Source: Pseudovirgaria hyperparasitica (Eukaryota). From it: a stretch of DNA of 64,000 nt. The notes under the pieces are model-generated. The model was given only the letters and a program-made list of their open reading frames with translations, made no database searches and was not told where the DNA came from. A program made the translations under genes and the position numbers. Where the stretch lies: NCBI GenBank assembly GCA_010093815.1, contig ML996569.1. One strand, written 5' to 3'. The stretch's first letter is position 1. Each line of letters starts with the position of its first letter. Below, piece by piece: positions 49,177 to 61,784 of the stretch.

Positions 49177-52100
49177 TTAAGTCCTTGCCAGAAACGGAGG
49201 GAGCCAGTTCCCTAAAGCCTTCCCTGGCGTCTTTGGGGACGAGGGTGAGTAAGATGGAGCGTAGCAATCTAGCACATTTGCATCTGTCGTCAAGATGGGC
49301 TTGAGAGCCGCGACGTCTGTCAAGGATGACGTGAGCCGGGAAGCCGGCTCGCGTGAGATGGGGATTATGCTTGGCAAACTAAACGCCAGCGACGGGCTGC
49401 GCATCTCGTTCACTTCAAAGGCGCGTATGAGCTCGTCGATCTCCACGGATCTCGTGCGGGGCGCGTGTCCGATTGCTAAGCTCAATGTCAGTTTTCTTGC
49501 TGCAGCATACAACAATCATTTGAGCTGAGAGGGCGATTCGAATCAAGGGTTGGTCGCGATCTGCTCAATAATAGGACCTGATCGAGGGAGATCCATGCAT
49601 TCAGGATGTAATCTCACCACCAGACTCCTTAGAATCTTCATTTGCATCCGCAAATTCGGCTTCAGGGGTCGTGACATCTTGCTTCTCTACGGCATCATCT
49701 GTGGTGGCAGCAGCAGCGGCGGCGGCCCTTTCTCGTTGTCTTTCGGCCACGGCGGCTGCTCTTTGCTGGGCAGCCTCTAGATTAGCTTTGATATTCTGCT
49801 CGTCTCTTAATTTCCGCAACCGTTCGACTTCCTCAACGCCTCCGCTCTTCTTCAACTTCCCCTCGTCGACAAAGCTTGCCAGTTCCCGACCAAACTCTCC
49901 ACCTCGGCGACTCTCTAATTCTTTTTGACGGACTCTCTCGGCACGGTGTATAGCCTCGAGTCGACCTTCATGGTTCGGTTGGAGGGCACGAACCTCGCCT
50001 AAGAAGTTGTCCTTTGCCTTGCGTGGATCGACAGCTTGGTCCATTGTAAGGGCAAGGCGATTGGCGTTGCCCCGAGTAGTGCCTGAAGCAGATCGATTAG
50101 CTCCGGGAAGATTTTGTTGTTTGGTTGCCTCTTCAACAAGTTGGAATGTTTCTGCTGCCTTATCCAAATCATCCTGGAGGTCAGCGGCAAGGTCTTCTTG
50201 CATAGACAACAATTCTCTTTCATCGCACACGACTTGCAGTTCTCGTTCCCAGATCTTGGTCCAGATAGGTTTCTCCTTGCGTAGATAGTCTTGGAGCTTC
50301 TTTACCTCTGATGTGGCGATCTGAATATCCTTTGCGACAATTTCCAGCTGGCGGGGCTTGGGTCTGACTCCACGTGACACGACATCTTTCCTGAGATCTT
50401 CCACAAGGTCCTGGAGGTCATCGACGCGGTTGACGATCTTCTCAGAGTCGTCGCTAAGCGTCTTCTTGCCCGCATTGACGTATGAACGGCCTGTGTCTCC
50501 CTCAAGCGTGGGCACAGCAGCTTTGATTGCTGTCGACTTGACGGTAGCGGCTTTGGCACGGACGTTAGCCATTGATGATTCGACATCGGTCACAAATGAA
50601 GTGTACGTCTGCCGCACAACCGCAAGGTCCCGGCGTAGGGACGCAACTTCTCCCAGCTGAGCCGCGGCGTCAATTGACAATTCAGCAACGACTGCTCCAG
50701 GTTGGGGCGAGATTGGCGTAGTGAGCATGGAACCTCGACCAGAAGTAAGTCCCGGAGGAACTGCAGCAATGCTGGCGATTTCCTTGGCGGTGTCTACCTG
50801 GCGCGCGGACACTCGTTGTAGAGCGGCTTGCTGTTCGTCCACTGTTGCTTTGATTCCTTCCACAAGTTTTGTTAGGCCTCCAAGTCCGTCGTCTATGTGT
50901 TTTTTAACCTCGTCTAGTACCTCGACATTGAGGACAAGGACTGCACGATCCTTGATATCGCTCAGATCTTCAAGCTCGTACCGCACCCCTGATACGGGAT
51001 CTTGAATGTGGATTTCCGGCAAATCAACGCCATTGTTGTGGGTGTTCCACGCAAACTTCTCGATGAAAGCAAGCTGTAGCCGTGGTATCGACACATCGGC
51101 GCCATCTGAAAACACGAATTTCTTCACTCTGCTCTTGTATTGTAAGAACAGCGTCAATTCTTTTCCAGGTTGCGGCGAACCTTCCGGGATAAACTCGGTG
51201 GTATGCGGTGGGGACGGTGATTTCTTGCGCGAGTTGAACATGGAAGGCAGCTGAGATCGCCTCTGAATTGAAGGTTTCTTTTCAGGCAACATTGCCAAGT
51301 CCACGGGTTCCAGAATAGGACCAGAAAGTGTCGCCCCAAGCTCTGCACTCTCCTTCTCAAAGTTACCCATGCTTGGACCCAGTTTGTCTTCTGGAGTCTT
51401 GGCGATAGGGCTTGAAGCTGGCTGTAGTTCGTTAGGAGCTTCCATCACGGGGTGGGATATGCCATTTGGCTCTTCTTCCTTAATCTGCTGCGAGACATCA
51501 TTGACTCGGCTCGATGTTTCCAGCTGTGGCATCCTCGTCGACTTATCACGACGTGCCATCACAGATCCGCGGGTGCGTACAGCGTGCATTGATTCACGTG
51601 CATCCCGTCCCCTGTTCGGTATTGGCGTATTTTGCGACGAAGGCATCATCGGTATGCCATTAGTGCCAACGAGCTTCTGCAGTTGGTATGCAGAAAATCT
51701 CCTAGAAGCTCGTCGCTCAAGATCCCCACCACGCTGCAGAGCTGCCAGTGCATCTTGTTGTTTTGGTGGTGGAGGCGGAGGAGGAGGAAAGTCTGTGTAT
51801 GGAGGAGGTGTTGGCTTAGGAGGTTCGGGCATCTGTTCCTCAGTTGGGTAAGGTGAGATGACTGGTATATTTTGCATGGTGTTGCTAGATAGGGAAGAGT
51901 CATTCGAAGCGACAGTATCTCGGCTTGCTGTCTTAGTTCGGGAATTAGGCGGCACGCTTTCATATTTGTTGGGTGAAGAGCGCCCGGGCGCAGATGTTGT
52001 TCGCGGTGGTGGGTCGACCGAGCTTGTAAATCCCATGTCACCACTGCCTTGCCTGTATGCCGACGGTCGATTGCTTGACGATCTCTGGGGGATCTCTTCG

Positions 52101-52708
52101 TCCAAGTCTAACGTACCGCCTGTGCTGCTCACGCTCCCCTGTCTTGCTGTCCCATTCGTACCATCAATACCCTTCCTTTGTCGTAATCTTTGTTGCTTTT
52201 TCTTCAGACCATGTAAAAGGTTGATTATGATATCTCGGATCTTCGGAAGGTAGCGATCGAGGCTGGCTTGCGACGCTTCTTGGCTCAGTGTCTCTTCTAG
52301 TATTCCCCTTAAGGATTCTGGGACATTTCCTAAGTCTGTAGTCTCTACTCCAATTTCATTGAAGGCTCTAGACGCAATGTTGAACTCGTACCCAAGGCGC
52401 ACATAGACATCTGAAACCTCGCCCTCGGTCGCATTGTTTCGTGACCATTGCGTCAACGTTTCGAGTAGCTGCTTTGTCGCGACGAGGAGATGTGTGACAC
52501 TTTTCTCGATCTTCGAAAGCTGTTGCTGAACCTATGGCGATGGATATATCCGTCAGCATGAACTCGAACAGTATTGTGTAATTTCCGCGCGCATCGAGGA
52601 GCGAGAGACGAGACAATAACTGACTGTTTGTGGGCGCCTGTCACGGCCACCGCGTGCTGAACCAGCCGAGGATCGCTGTTGAGCGATATCATCTGTATGG
52701 GTTGCCAT
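49177..52708 (-). CDS. BUD6: Actin-interacting polarisome protein Bud6/Aip3 (unspliced form ends at 49601)
   Basis: LSKIEKSVTHLLVATKQLLETLTQW, ERRASRRFSAYQ, LFLQYKSRVKK, VDDLQDLVEDLRKDV, EKPIWTKIWERELQ. Intron 52532-52624; optional intron 49476-49617. Confidence 0.93.
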
Positions 52709-53532
52709 ACCGCTGGTTGTTTGTGCGAGGATGATTCTGAGCGAATGTCGACTCCAGTGCGACTCTTTGTCTTTGACGTGGATAGTTCTTGGTGACAGCC
52801 CAAAGCGGCGACGTCGCCTCGTGAAGGCGTTATGCTACGATAAGCCCAGTGCGTTGTGAAGAAGTCTTGTTAATACTGCGTGTGTGCAAGATCCATGGAC
52901 AAGGTTTGAAGTGTGTACCTGAGAAAATGTAGGCGACCGAGCACGTTATGATCCCTGATGAGAACTTGAGGTTCTGTGATGTCCAAGCGTCCGTGCACCT
53001 GGACCCCAAACGCGACCTGATTAGGCTTATGGCCGGCCGTATATGCACGCCATTCTTTCTCATCGCTAGTTCTATCCCATTCCATCCTCGGCAGCCTTAT
53101 ACTGATTCTATTCTGCAGGCTATCAATCATTGTGAATTTTCGTGCAAAGGAGCACTCTCCTTCTGATACCATGCCACGAATCGCTTTAATGAGGTCCTAC
53201 GGCTAAGATATTCTTGATGATCGCCGGAAGACTGAGGACGCTAGGGAATACGTAAATACATATATACAGAGGCCTGATAATTAACTCCTAATCCATGCAT
53301 GAACGCCAACCCTCAGATGTCGTCGGAGCCTCGCTTCCGGCTATATTGAAACATTACCATTAAAACACCATTATAACGCCATACTGGACTCGTATGATGA
53401 GCATATGCGCTGTACAGTGATAGCCTCTTTAAGAAGTTGAGTATTCATGCGAAGGACCCGACGTGGTGTAAACGTGTGCTAACGCTTTAGGCATGGCTAT
53501 TGCTATATCCAATATGCGATCTTCCATCGCCC

Positions 53533-54671
53533 CTATGAACCGGGGTGCGCAGTGTCATTCAAAGCCACACAGACGGCACCACGATGGTGTCCATTGTATT
53601 GCCTGATGATACTCTGACTACTAAGCTCCCATAGGCGGGCATAATGATCCGAGCATGCGGTTACGAGGTACGCTGAATCGGCACTGAATGCACAATCCCA
53701 GACCCAACGTTGGTGTCCGTGCAGAGTCGTTTCAAGAGGAAAGCTCGCAGGGGCACTGCTGAGCGGATCGTTGTTCGAGGCCGTGGTGTCTACAGACCAT
53801 ATTCGAGAGGTGTGATCAGCAGAGCAGGTTGCCAAATGCCGGACGTCAGGAGAGAGAAGGACTCGGGTGATAAATGTTTGATGTGCCGTGAAGCGGGTGA
53901 CGGGCACGAGCGTGGTAACATCCGCTTCTAAAATCATACGCCAAACGTAAACATTGCCCTGGTCAGATTAGTGTTAGCAGTTCTGTGTGTGTTCCGATTC
54001 ATACCGAGTTGTTCCCAGCGCAAAGGATAGAACCATCGCTTGCGACGGTGACACTGGCCACACTGACGTCGTCCTCAGGAATCAGTTGGTGGCTACACTT
54101 GTTCTCGCCTAAATCCCATACTCTAACGTTCCCACCACGATCACAACTAATGAGTTCGCCTTGATTTGGGTGGATAACCACATCGTTGACGGGAATCCCA
54201 TGACTATAGTTCCGTTGTATGTTGCCGCTTCTCGTGTCCCATATCTTGACCGTACCATCTTCTGAGCTTGTGACCATCCATTTTCCTTCGCAATGGAATG
54301 CGACACCTGTAATGTTGTTCGTATGTCCCTCAAAGATGGTGAGTGGAGTTGGATTACTGCCTTTGATGTCAAAAAGCTTGATTGTATGGTGACCAGCGGC
54401 AGCTAGGAAACGTTTATCGGGAGAAATACAAAGACGGTTGACTTGCGAGTCGGGGTGGGGTATCGTTCTCGAACATATTCCTGAGAGTGCTTCCCAGAAC
54501 CTGGAGTATATGTTAGATTGAGCATTGACAGCGCTTCTAGTCATCGCGCGCGCATTACAGGTTAACTAACCGGATGGTGTGATCGTAGCCAGCTGCAGCG
54601 AGCTATTAGCAGAGAAGTAAGAGGGGAACAGAGCAATACATACCAGTACATAGAATGACGGAGCCGCTCAT
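53533..54671 (-). CDS. LST8: TOR complex subunit Lst8 (WD40)
   Basis: SVILCT|AGYDHTIR|FWEALSGICSRTI, GHQRWVWDCAFSADSAYLVTA. Three introns. Confidence 0.96.
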
Positions 54672-56469
54672 TTTGTCTCCTGCTTTTGACAATCCCTCGG
54701 ACAATTCATTCCTCGTTATCGATGAGAATCCGCACCTAGCAGAGAGAGCGACCGAGTTCAACGTGTTATGAGGTTGCCTTAGGTATGCAGAGAGCGTTCT
54801 TTTTACAAGTCGCGACGATGTTCAGGGCGAATTACGAATCTGTAGATGCGCCGAGCTAGCCCCACTAGAACCATTCTATCCATCCTGGTTCCTGGGGCGG
54901 ACATCCGAAGGGGTGGAGCGGAAAGTGGAAAGCGGAACTGCTTCCCAGCGCCAAACCTTGCTATTGGACATTTGCCTCTGCCGCTTGATATACGCCTACA
55001 CTATCTACACCTTAGAAACATCTAACCCAAAAGCTAATTGTTGATCTCTGAGTAAAATCTAGACTCTCCACAGACTCTATAGCTTAAACACAGTGCAACA
55101 GATAAAGCCTCTGGCAATAGACAACAGTGCCCTGATAAAACTCAATATAATTTTGTCTACGTCCTAGATTCAGGATACACATCTACCTAGGTAAAAGTCA
55201 AGTTGCTGCCAAGCTGACGATGCAGAGAACGGTCAATCGATGATGTCATGCGTTGAGGACCATGGACATTCAAGGTGACAATGCATGAGTAATTGTAATT
55301 TCTCCTCCTTCGGCTCCATGAGTCAACTCAACTCTCCTAAGATCAGCCTCACATTACCCACACTACCCACATACGCCACCATGGACTCCAAAGTAATCAC
55401 CTCAAGGAGGGGTTCAAAGCCAGAATGGGCGCAGTCCCTTTGAGAAGCCTCTAATATGGACAACAAGGATAACGTGGCAGTCTTAAAAGCTAACCAATCC
55501 CCAAAACATCATTTGTTCTTTGGATTCACGATTATGCGAACTAACACTCTCCAAGCGGCTCTATGAGGGAAGTATTAGTGTAGAGCAAGGGTCGAAGAAA
55601 GAGAGAGCAATGTGGATCGGTGGTATGTGGCATGGGCGCACACATACGTCAGCAAAGAGACCTACGCTCTGTAGGGGTAGGAGGTCTCGGGCAGAAAGTC
55701 ATTTTCGCGGAAGGTCATCCAGTGTCTTTAGGATGCACGTGTTGCGGTAGAGTTGGGTGTTGATAGGATTGTAGTATCTTACCATACTCTGCAACGGTCA
55801 ATGACGCTGTAGCCAGTCTGGACACACTGGAGGCCATCGTGGACGCGATGGGATCTCAGATGTACACCAGGTATGACTTGAGTGTGCGTGAAAAAATTGT
55901 CAGACTCACTGTCAAAGTCGTACAATCATGTCGCGAAAAGGTCGAGTGTGTTGGTGGGATAAATGAATAGCCAGAATAGATCTGAAAGTAAAGTCCGAAT
56001 CAGCCACAAAAACTCGTGGAAGTAAATCGAAGCATGATGGGTATTGATTGGGTAGCATTAAGAGGACGACAAAGACACAGTCTATCATGATTTGAGGACG
56101 AGTATGACCAATAGAAGAAATGGGACCGTGATTTATTTATAGGACCGTCTCAATAGGTGAGCTATTGTGCAGATCGTCTCAGCCCGAGACGTTACAGTAT
56201 GCACATACTCACATATAATCGTCCTAGTAATGCAAGTAGCTCGTCTCATCATGACAATCAATCGAGGATGAGTATCATGTTATACCTTAAGCGTCTGTGC
56301 CATCCAATGTAGAACCCTCTCAATCGAGATCCGTCGCGACACCATCAAACCACAACCCATGTCATTGCGTTCCAGAACATATAACCTTGTCTCGTCATAT
56401 GGTCATATACACGTGAAGCTAGCCGTACAGCGACCCAAACGCAAGCATTCCCTCCTCCGAGCCAAGAAC

Positions 56470-58233
56470 TTATTTCTGCGAACTAGAAGGGGTATCAACA
56501 GCGGGTTTGATGGTGGGTTCAGAAGGCTTAGCGTCCGACTCTGAGGCTTCGGTAGTAGTAGATGCGGGAGATTTGACAACAGGAACGACATTTGTTGGGT
56601 CCGATGTCTTCTCCTTCTTATCGGGAAGTGTGCCAGATTTTGAGAGCTGGTTGTCCAAGTCCTCGTCTTCGTTGTCTTGATCATACAAGTCACTATCAGC
56701 CGAGTCGCTCGAGAGCTCGGTGCCATCGCCGAGTAGGATCACACGCGAGGACATACCTCCGCCACGACCACGGTGCTCAAAATCCATATCAAGATCGTCG
56801 GGACTGTCGTCAAAGCGATGGTGAATCCCCGGTCCCCGGAATTCGGCTAAATTTGACCGCGTCATTATAGTTGCTCAGGCAGAAAGAAAGCTTAAGACTT
56901 GCCGTACTCTGGAGGTGCACATGGCCCATCACCCTTTGAGACTCGGTCTGCAACTTCCTTGTACCATTCCTCGAGTGTTTTTCCTTTCAATAAGGCTACT
57001 ACAATCATGGTCATGTTGTCGCATCCAACTCCCCCAGTGTCGCTGTTTGATGCCAAACAATTATCCATCATGTTCTCACAGATCGCGGATAGAGCTTGTC
57101 TAGCAACAATCCCCCGTCGCACGAACTCGATGACGGCCTGGGAAGACTGACAATCCCAGATACCTAGAGCATTTAAATTAGCAACGAGATATGGAGCTAG
57201 TCATGAGGTTAACCCTACCGTCACACGCAACAACAAGAAACTCATCGTCATCGGATATGTCGTGAATGGTTACATCAGGGAATGCTGTGACTATTTGCTG
57301 CTCTGGAGGCAAGTCTGCGCTCTTCTTAAATTCGAAGTCTCCAATAGCGCGCGAAAGTGCGAGATTGCCATTTACGCGGCCGAAGTCAACGAAGCCACCG
57401 GCAGCCTGAATACGGGCCTTTTCTCCTATTCCTCAGTCAGCTTTGGTCCTCCTTGCGGACAGTGGTAATTATGCAGACCTTCGTTTTGGGGCTTGTGGTC
57501 GAAGGATAGGGGTTTTGCCCTCCCCTTGATGCCTAGGACGGTCCTTGAGTCGCCTGCGTTTCCCTGACAGGATTAGTACCGTATTTCGCGGCTGGAAAAA
57601 GGTACATACGACGAAAATCTGGTCATCAGAAATGATGCCGACGGAGCTTGTGCAACCCGATACTTCCTCTTCATACTTCGGATCTATTCGCTTGCTTAGC
57701 TTCTGAATCCGGACAGCTGGGATCAAAAGATCTCCTTACCACTCAGAATCGCTCTGTCCGTAGCTAAAAATCCATCCTTCAGGGCCTGCTCAATATCGCC
57801 CTTTTTGAACGACTCTTGCCTCGCGATGATTTTATGGAGGTTCTTCCCAGTGTATATTGCAACTTTGTCACCACCATGTCCGTCATACACGCCAAAGAAA
57901 CTTAGTCGCTTTGCCCCGTCCATCGGCTTCCCGTCTCCATCTTCGGGCTTCAAGTCAAGAATGGTAGCGTGCGCATCCTCCATGCTAATACGCCATCCTT
58001 GCATCGAAGAAACGCCATATGCGAAGCGATCGTCCGTGCCATCTTGGGAGTGCTATCTCAAAGAGTCAGCTTTCAAAACACTGCGTGGTAGAAGGCATCT
58101 CGCAAAACGCGTCGCGGGGTCAAATTTGGGCCGCGGCGAGACTTAGTGCTCGCCCCCCGCGTTAGTACGCTGGGTAATGAGGTCAAGTGAGTTTTACCTT
58201 CTCCACGACAGGCTCAGAAAGGGTTTGACCCAT
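56470..58233 (-). CDS. PTC2: PP2C phosphatase Ptc2/Ptc3
   Basis: MGQTLSEPVVEK, SMQGWRISMEDAH, FFGVYDGHGG, GVGCDNMT, PPEY|AEFRGPG. Six introns, the last GC-AG. Confidence 0.95.
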
Positions 58234-59493
58234 GATTGTCGCTGGCTACGAAGACCTCGCAGTAGGCTGTAATTACGCACGGTTGTTGGTTGCGGATGTA
58301 ATTTCTCAGTGTAGATTTGTGAAGCGGATGGAAGGAGAGTGGGGGAAGGGCGCTAGGCGAATGACGAATGGGCGACGACACAAGAATGCGAGCTCGCAAA
58401 GTGAACTAGGCGCTGGAATAATTGTCGCAGAGGTAGGTAAGTGAATGGAAGAGTGGGAAAAGAGGTATTGGAGCTGTGGCTGACGGAAGGTAGGAGAGGC
58501 TCGTGTGTGAGGTGTTTGTGTGGAGAGTGGAAGTGAGCCTGGAGTGTACCCACGAAGAATGGATAGCCACCTGGGCATCAGGTATCCCATCGTCATACGC
58601 CTTAACCGAAAATGGCATCGCGCTTGCTACAACAAATCTGCGCTCTAGATTTTCCACTTACCCTCACTCACTGTCCTCCACCTACGACATGATTGACGCT
58701 GCTGCTCAAGTGCACGCTGCAACTCCCTCTCCCCGCCGCTTCGCTCTATTTCTTCGCTGCGCCTCATGTACACATGTCCAGGTCGAAAACGCGTAGACCC
58801 TTCCTGGACTTGTGTTTTGTTGCCTCAGCCTCCTGTGCCACAGCTTAGTTCAATACCTGTCTTCCCCGGATCCCGCACCTCAGGTATTTTGGCCTATTCT
58901 TCGGATACTTGAACCTGGTGGTATTTCATTTACCCTTACTGATATCTTGTCAATTGCTGTGATATTCTCTGGCGGCATATGAGTGCTGGACACCAAGGCT
59001 CAAGGCTTGCCGCCGAATATGTCTGCAAAGTCGTTACAGGTACATTGTACGTCATGGTCTGTTCCCTACGCTGAAGGATCAAAGAAATCCTCGGAGGGAG
59101 TCGACTATCCGGCTTCTAGGCTCTCTAATCAGTTGTAAGAGTAAGCTTCTATTAGTCTATAATCCCAAATGTTACGCTTTTCCACAGTACTCGATCCTGA
59201 TTGACTAACTATGGAGGGGACGAGTCTGCCCATCTTCACATTTTCACGAGTTCTGATTATGGCCTCGGTCGAATTGATTTAGACTTTTCGATATATTCAC
59301 ATTGGTATTGTAGTCTCTCATAAATTGAGCACGCATTCCATCTTGTTCTCGTAAGGATATATATATTCGGTCGTGTGCTTCCAATGGCGCACGGACCTTT
59401 TCACATCTCAGCCTTGTCACCGCCACAATTCCGGGGAAAGCTTTCTAGCATCGCACCACATCCTCGTGTTGCCAGGATGACTTCCTCGGTGTT

Positions 59494-61784
59494 ATGGATG
59501 AGCAAGTCTTGAAGCTGGGAAGCTTGCATCTTAACTGTCCTAGGGCCGGACTTCAACTTTGTCTCGCTCTCTCCATAACTCTCTTTGGGTCTATTACAGC
59601 TGACAATCCAACCAACATATCTCAGAGAGCTCTACTAGCTGCATTACGATCTCAATCGGTGTGGGTTCGTAGAGGGCAGGCTCTACATCTACTATTCGAT
59701 ATCACGGTCTTGGGTGAAAACCAAGATATTAATGAAGCGAGGTCATTTGGACAAACTCTGGCTGACAGTGATGTTAGTGACAGCCAGTGAGAGGTCTTCG
59801 AAGGATTTACTGACCCTGGAATCCACAGCTCTTTCGTCAACTCAACCTCAATGCAAGTCTATGTACTGACTTACAAGATTCCCCAAGATCGGAGCATTCG
59901 AATCGATGCTTATTCCGGATCAATGTCAGCCATAATCGAGAAGATGCCGACGTTGAGCCCTCGAAACTGCATCACTTGCTCTCCGGCGTACTTCCAACGG
60001 ATCTGAATCCTCCTAAGGCTATTCGTATGCTGGAGCTTCAGTGTGTTCGGATGGAAATTGTGATTATCAGCTTCTTGCCTTCGACAGAAGAAGAATCACA
60101 ATCTGAAGACCTGGAGTTCGTGGCGCCGATAAGTATGCCAACAACGCGAAAATCTACTACTAAGGAGGGCTTAGACACTTATGATCCCTGCACATCTGAT
60201 CAGCGGAACACATGTGTCAAGGTCGCAACCGACAAAGTTTCTAATATCTCTTCGAGCGCTACCACATCAGGGCGATCTTCCATACCTTCTCTGGGGACGT
60301 CTCACAGTGAGCAAGCATATAGCGATAAGCAAGTGAATCACACAATGGCATCTTTCAAAGATGGCCCGCCAGCCATTCACAGACTACTGGATGTTGCAGT
60401 CCGGAGGGCCATTAGCGCCAGACTGCATAAGACGGCCAAAGGAGTCAACATGAAAGCCGATAATCTAACAGCGCGTCTAGCTAATGTCGCGCCAGCGTTA
60501 TTCTCACCAGGGTACATGAGAGCGGTAGCAATTCGTGCATGTTTTGTTCCCACAATATCTCAAGCACTTTCACGATCAGTCCTGTACAACACACAGTCGC
60601 CTTCTTTGAAGACGAAGCTACTCCGATTGAATTTGTGGAGTCAGACAGGAACAAACTCAGCTTTTCAGACCACTGATAAGCATCATCATTATCATCATCA
60701 TCAACTGTTATCAAGTGCAAGGCTATGGCAGCTGCTCCAAAAGTCGCTATTTGACGTAAAAGCTGCGAGGAGGCTCATACCACTGACACAAGCTAGCAGT
60801 TTCAAGAATACCTCTCGCCCAGATTCAGAAACAGCAGATGATGCTGTTATTGAGATAGAGGAACATGTGGATGACTCCGATGTAGCTGAGGACTTGTGGT
60901 TACATGATGACTTTTATGTTCAATTTGACGCAACACAAGCAGGCCATTCCGATTGCAACGCTATGAAGCACGACACAAAAATGACCATATCTCGCGACGG
61001 ATTGCTCAACAAAGATACGGACATGACTTTCGAATCAATTGGAGGTATGCCCGAGATTCTTCCCCCCAACAGTAGCTTCACAGCAGAATCTCAACATCGC
61101 ACTGCGTTGGACTTTCCCGAGCTCCTCGCTCCAAGCCAAACAAGTATGGTCCCACGAGCACGTTCCACGCGCAGTGGAACATCAGCCGCACAGCCAGATG
61201 CTGAACTCTCCGACCGAAGCGGGTCAGGTAGTCTCTTCGATTGCACCCTTTGCCACGATATCAACATCAAGCGCGACTTATTCAGGCCGACGTCCTTAGA
61301 AGCCCTGCAGCCCGCACTAGATACGTATATCGACCCTCGAACTAGTCTGCGGCACACTGTGGCTATGCCACCCGACGAAGTGACTACATCTAGTACTACA
61401 TTGAGCGCTATGATGCTGCAGTCCTCATCGGACCTTCCTACTCCGCAAACGCACAGAGCGGTAACGTTTACTGAGGAACTGGACGATGAGGATCGTCACA
61501 TCTCAGACTGCGTTCAAATTACATATCGCATTACGGAGACAAGGAGCACGCCTGAGCATCCTTCGCTTTTTTGCAATGAGGACGAGTGCATATTGAGCCT
61601 TGAGGAAGCGATGCTCTTGGAAGAAGCTTACGATGAAGGATACTTCTCACGCAACGTATCGCAAAATGCCACATCGATAGAATATGACGAGGTTGAACAG
61701 TACGACAGTACATACGTGCAAACGACTAACGAATTGGACATGTTTATAGATGACATCGATGACAGTGACATGCTAGAAATATGA
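59494..61784 (+). CDS. Hypothetical protein (5' exon structure uncertain)
   Basis: 602-codon ORF 59976-61784 that lacks an ATG at its start, plus an upstream 98-aa ATG ORF and a branch point/acceptor near 59866-59877. No recognisable domain. Confidence 0.6.

Noticed and set aside
54910..54940. Repeated G(C/T)GGAA motifs upstream of LST8
   Set aside because: Too short to assign to a factor without conservation data.
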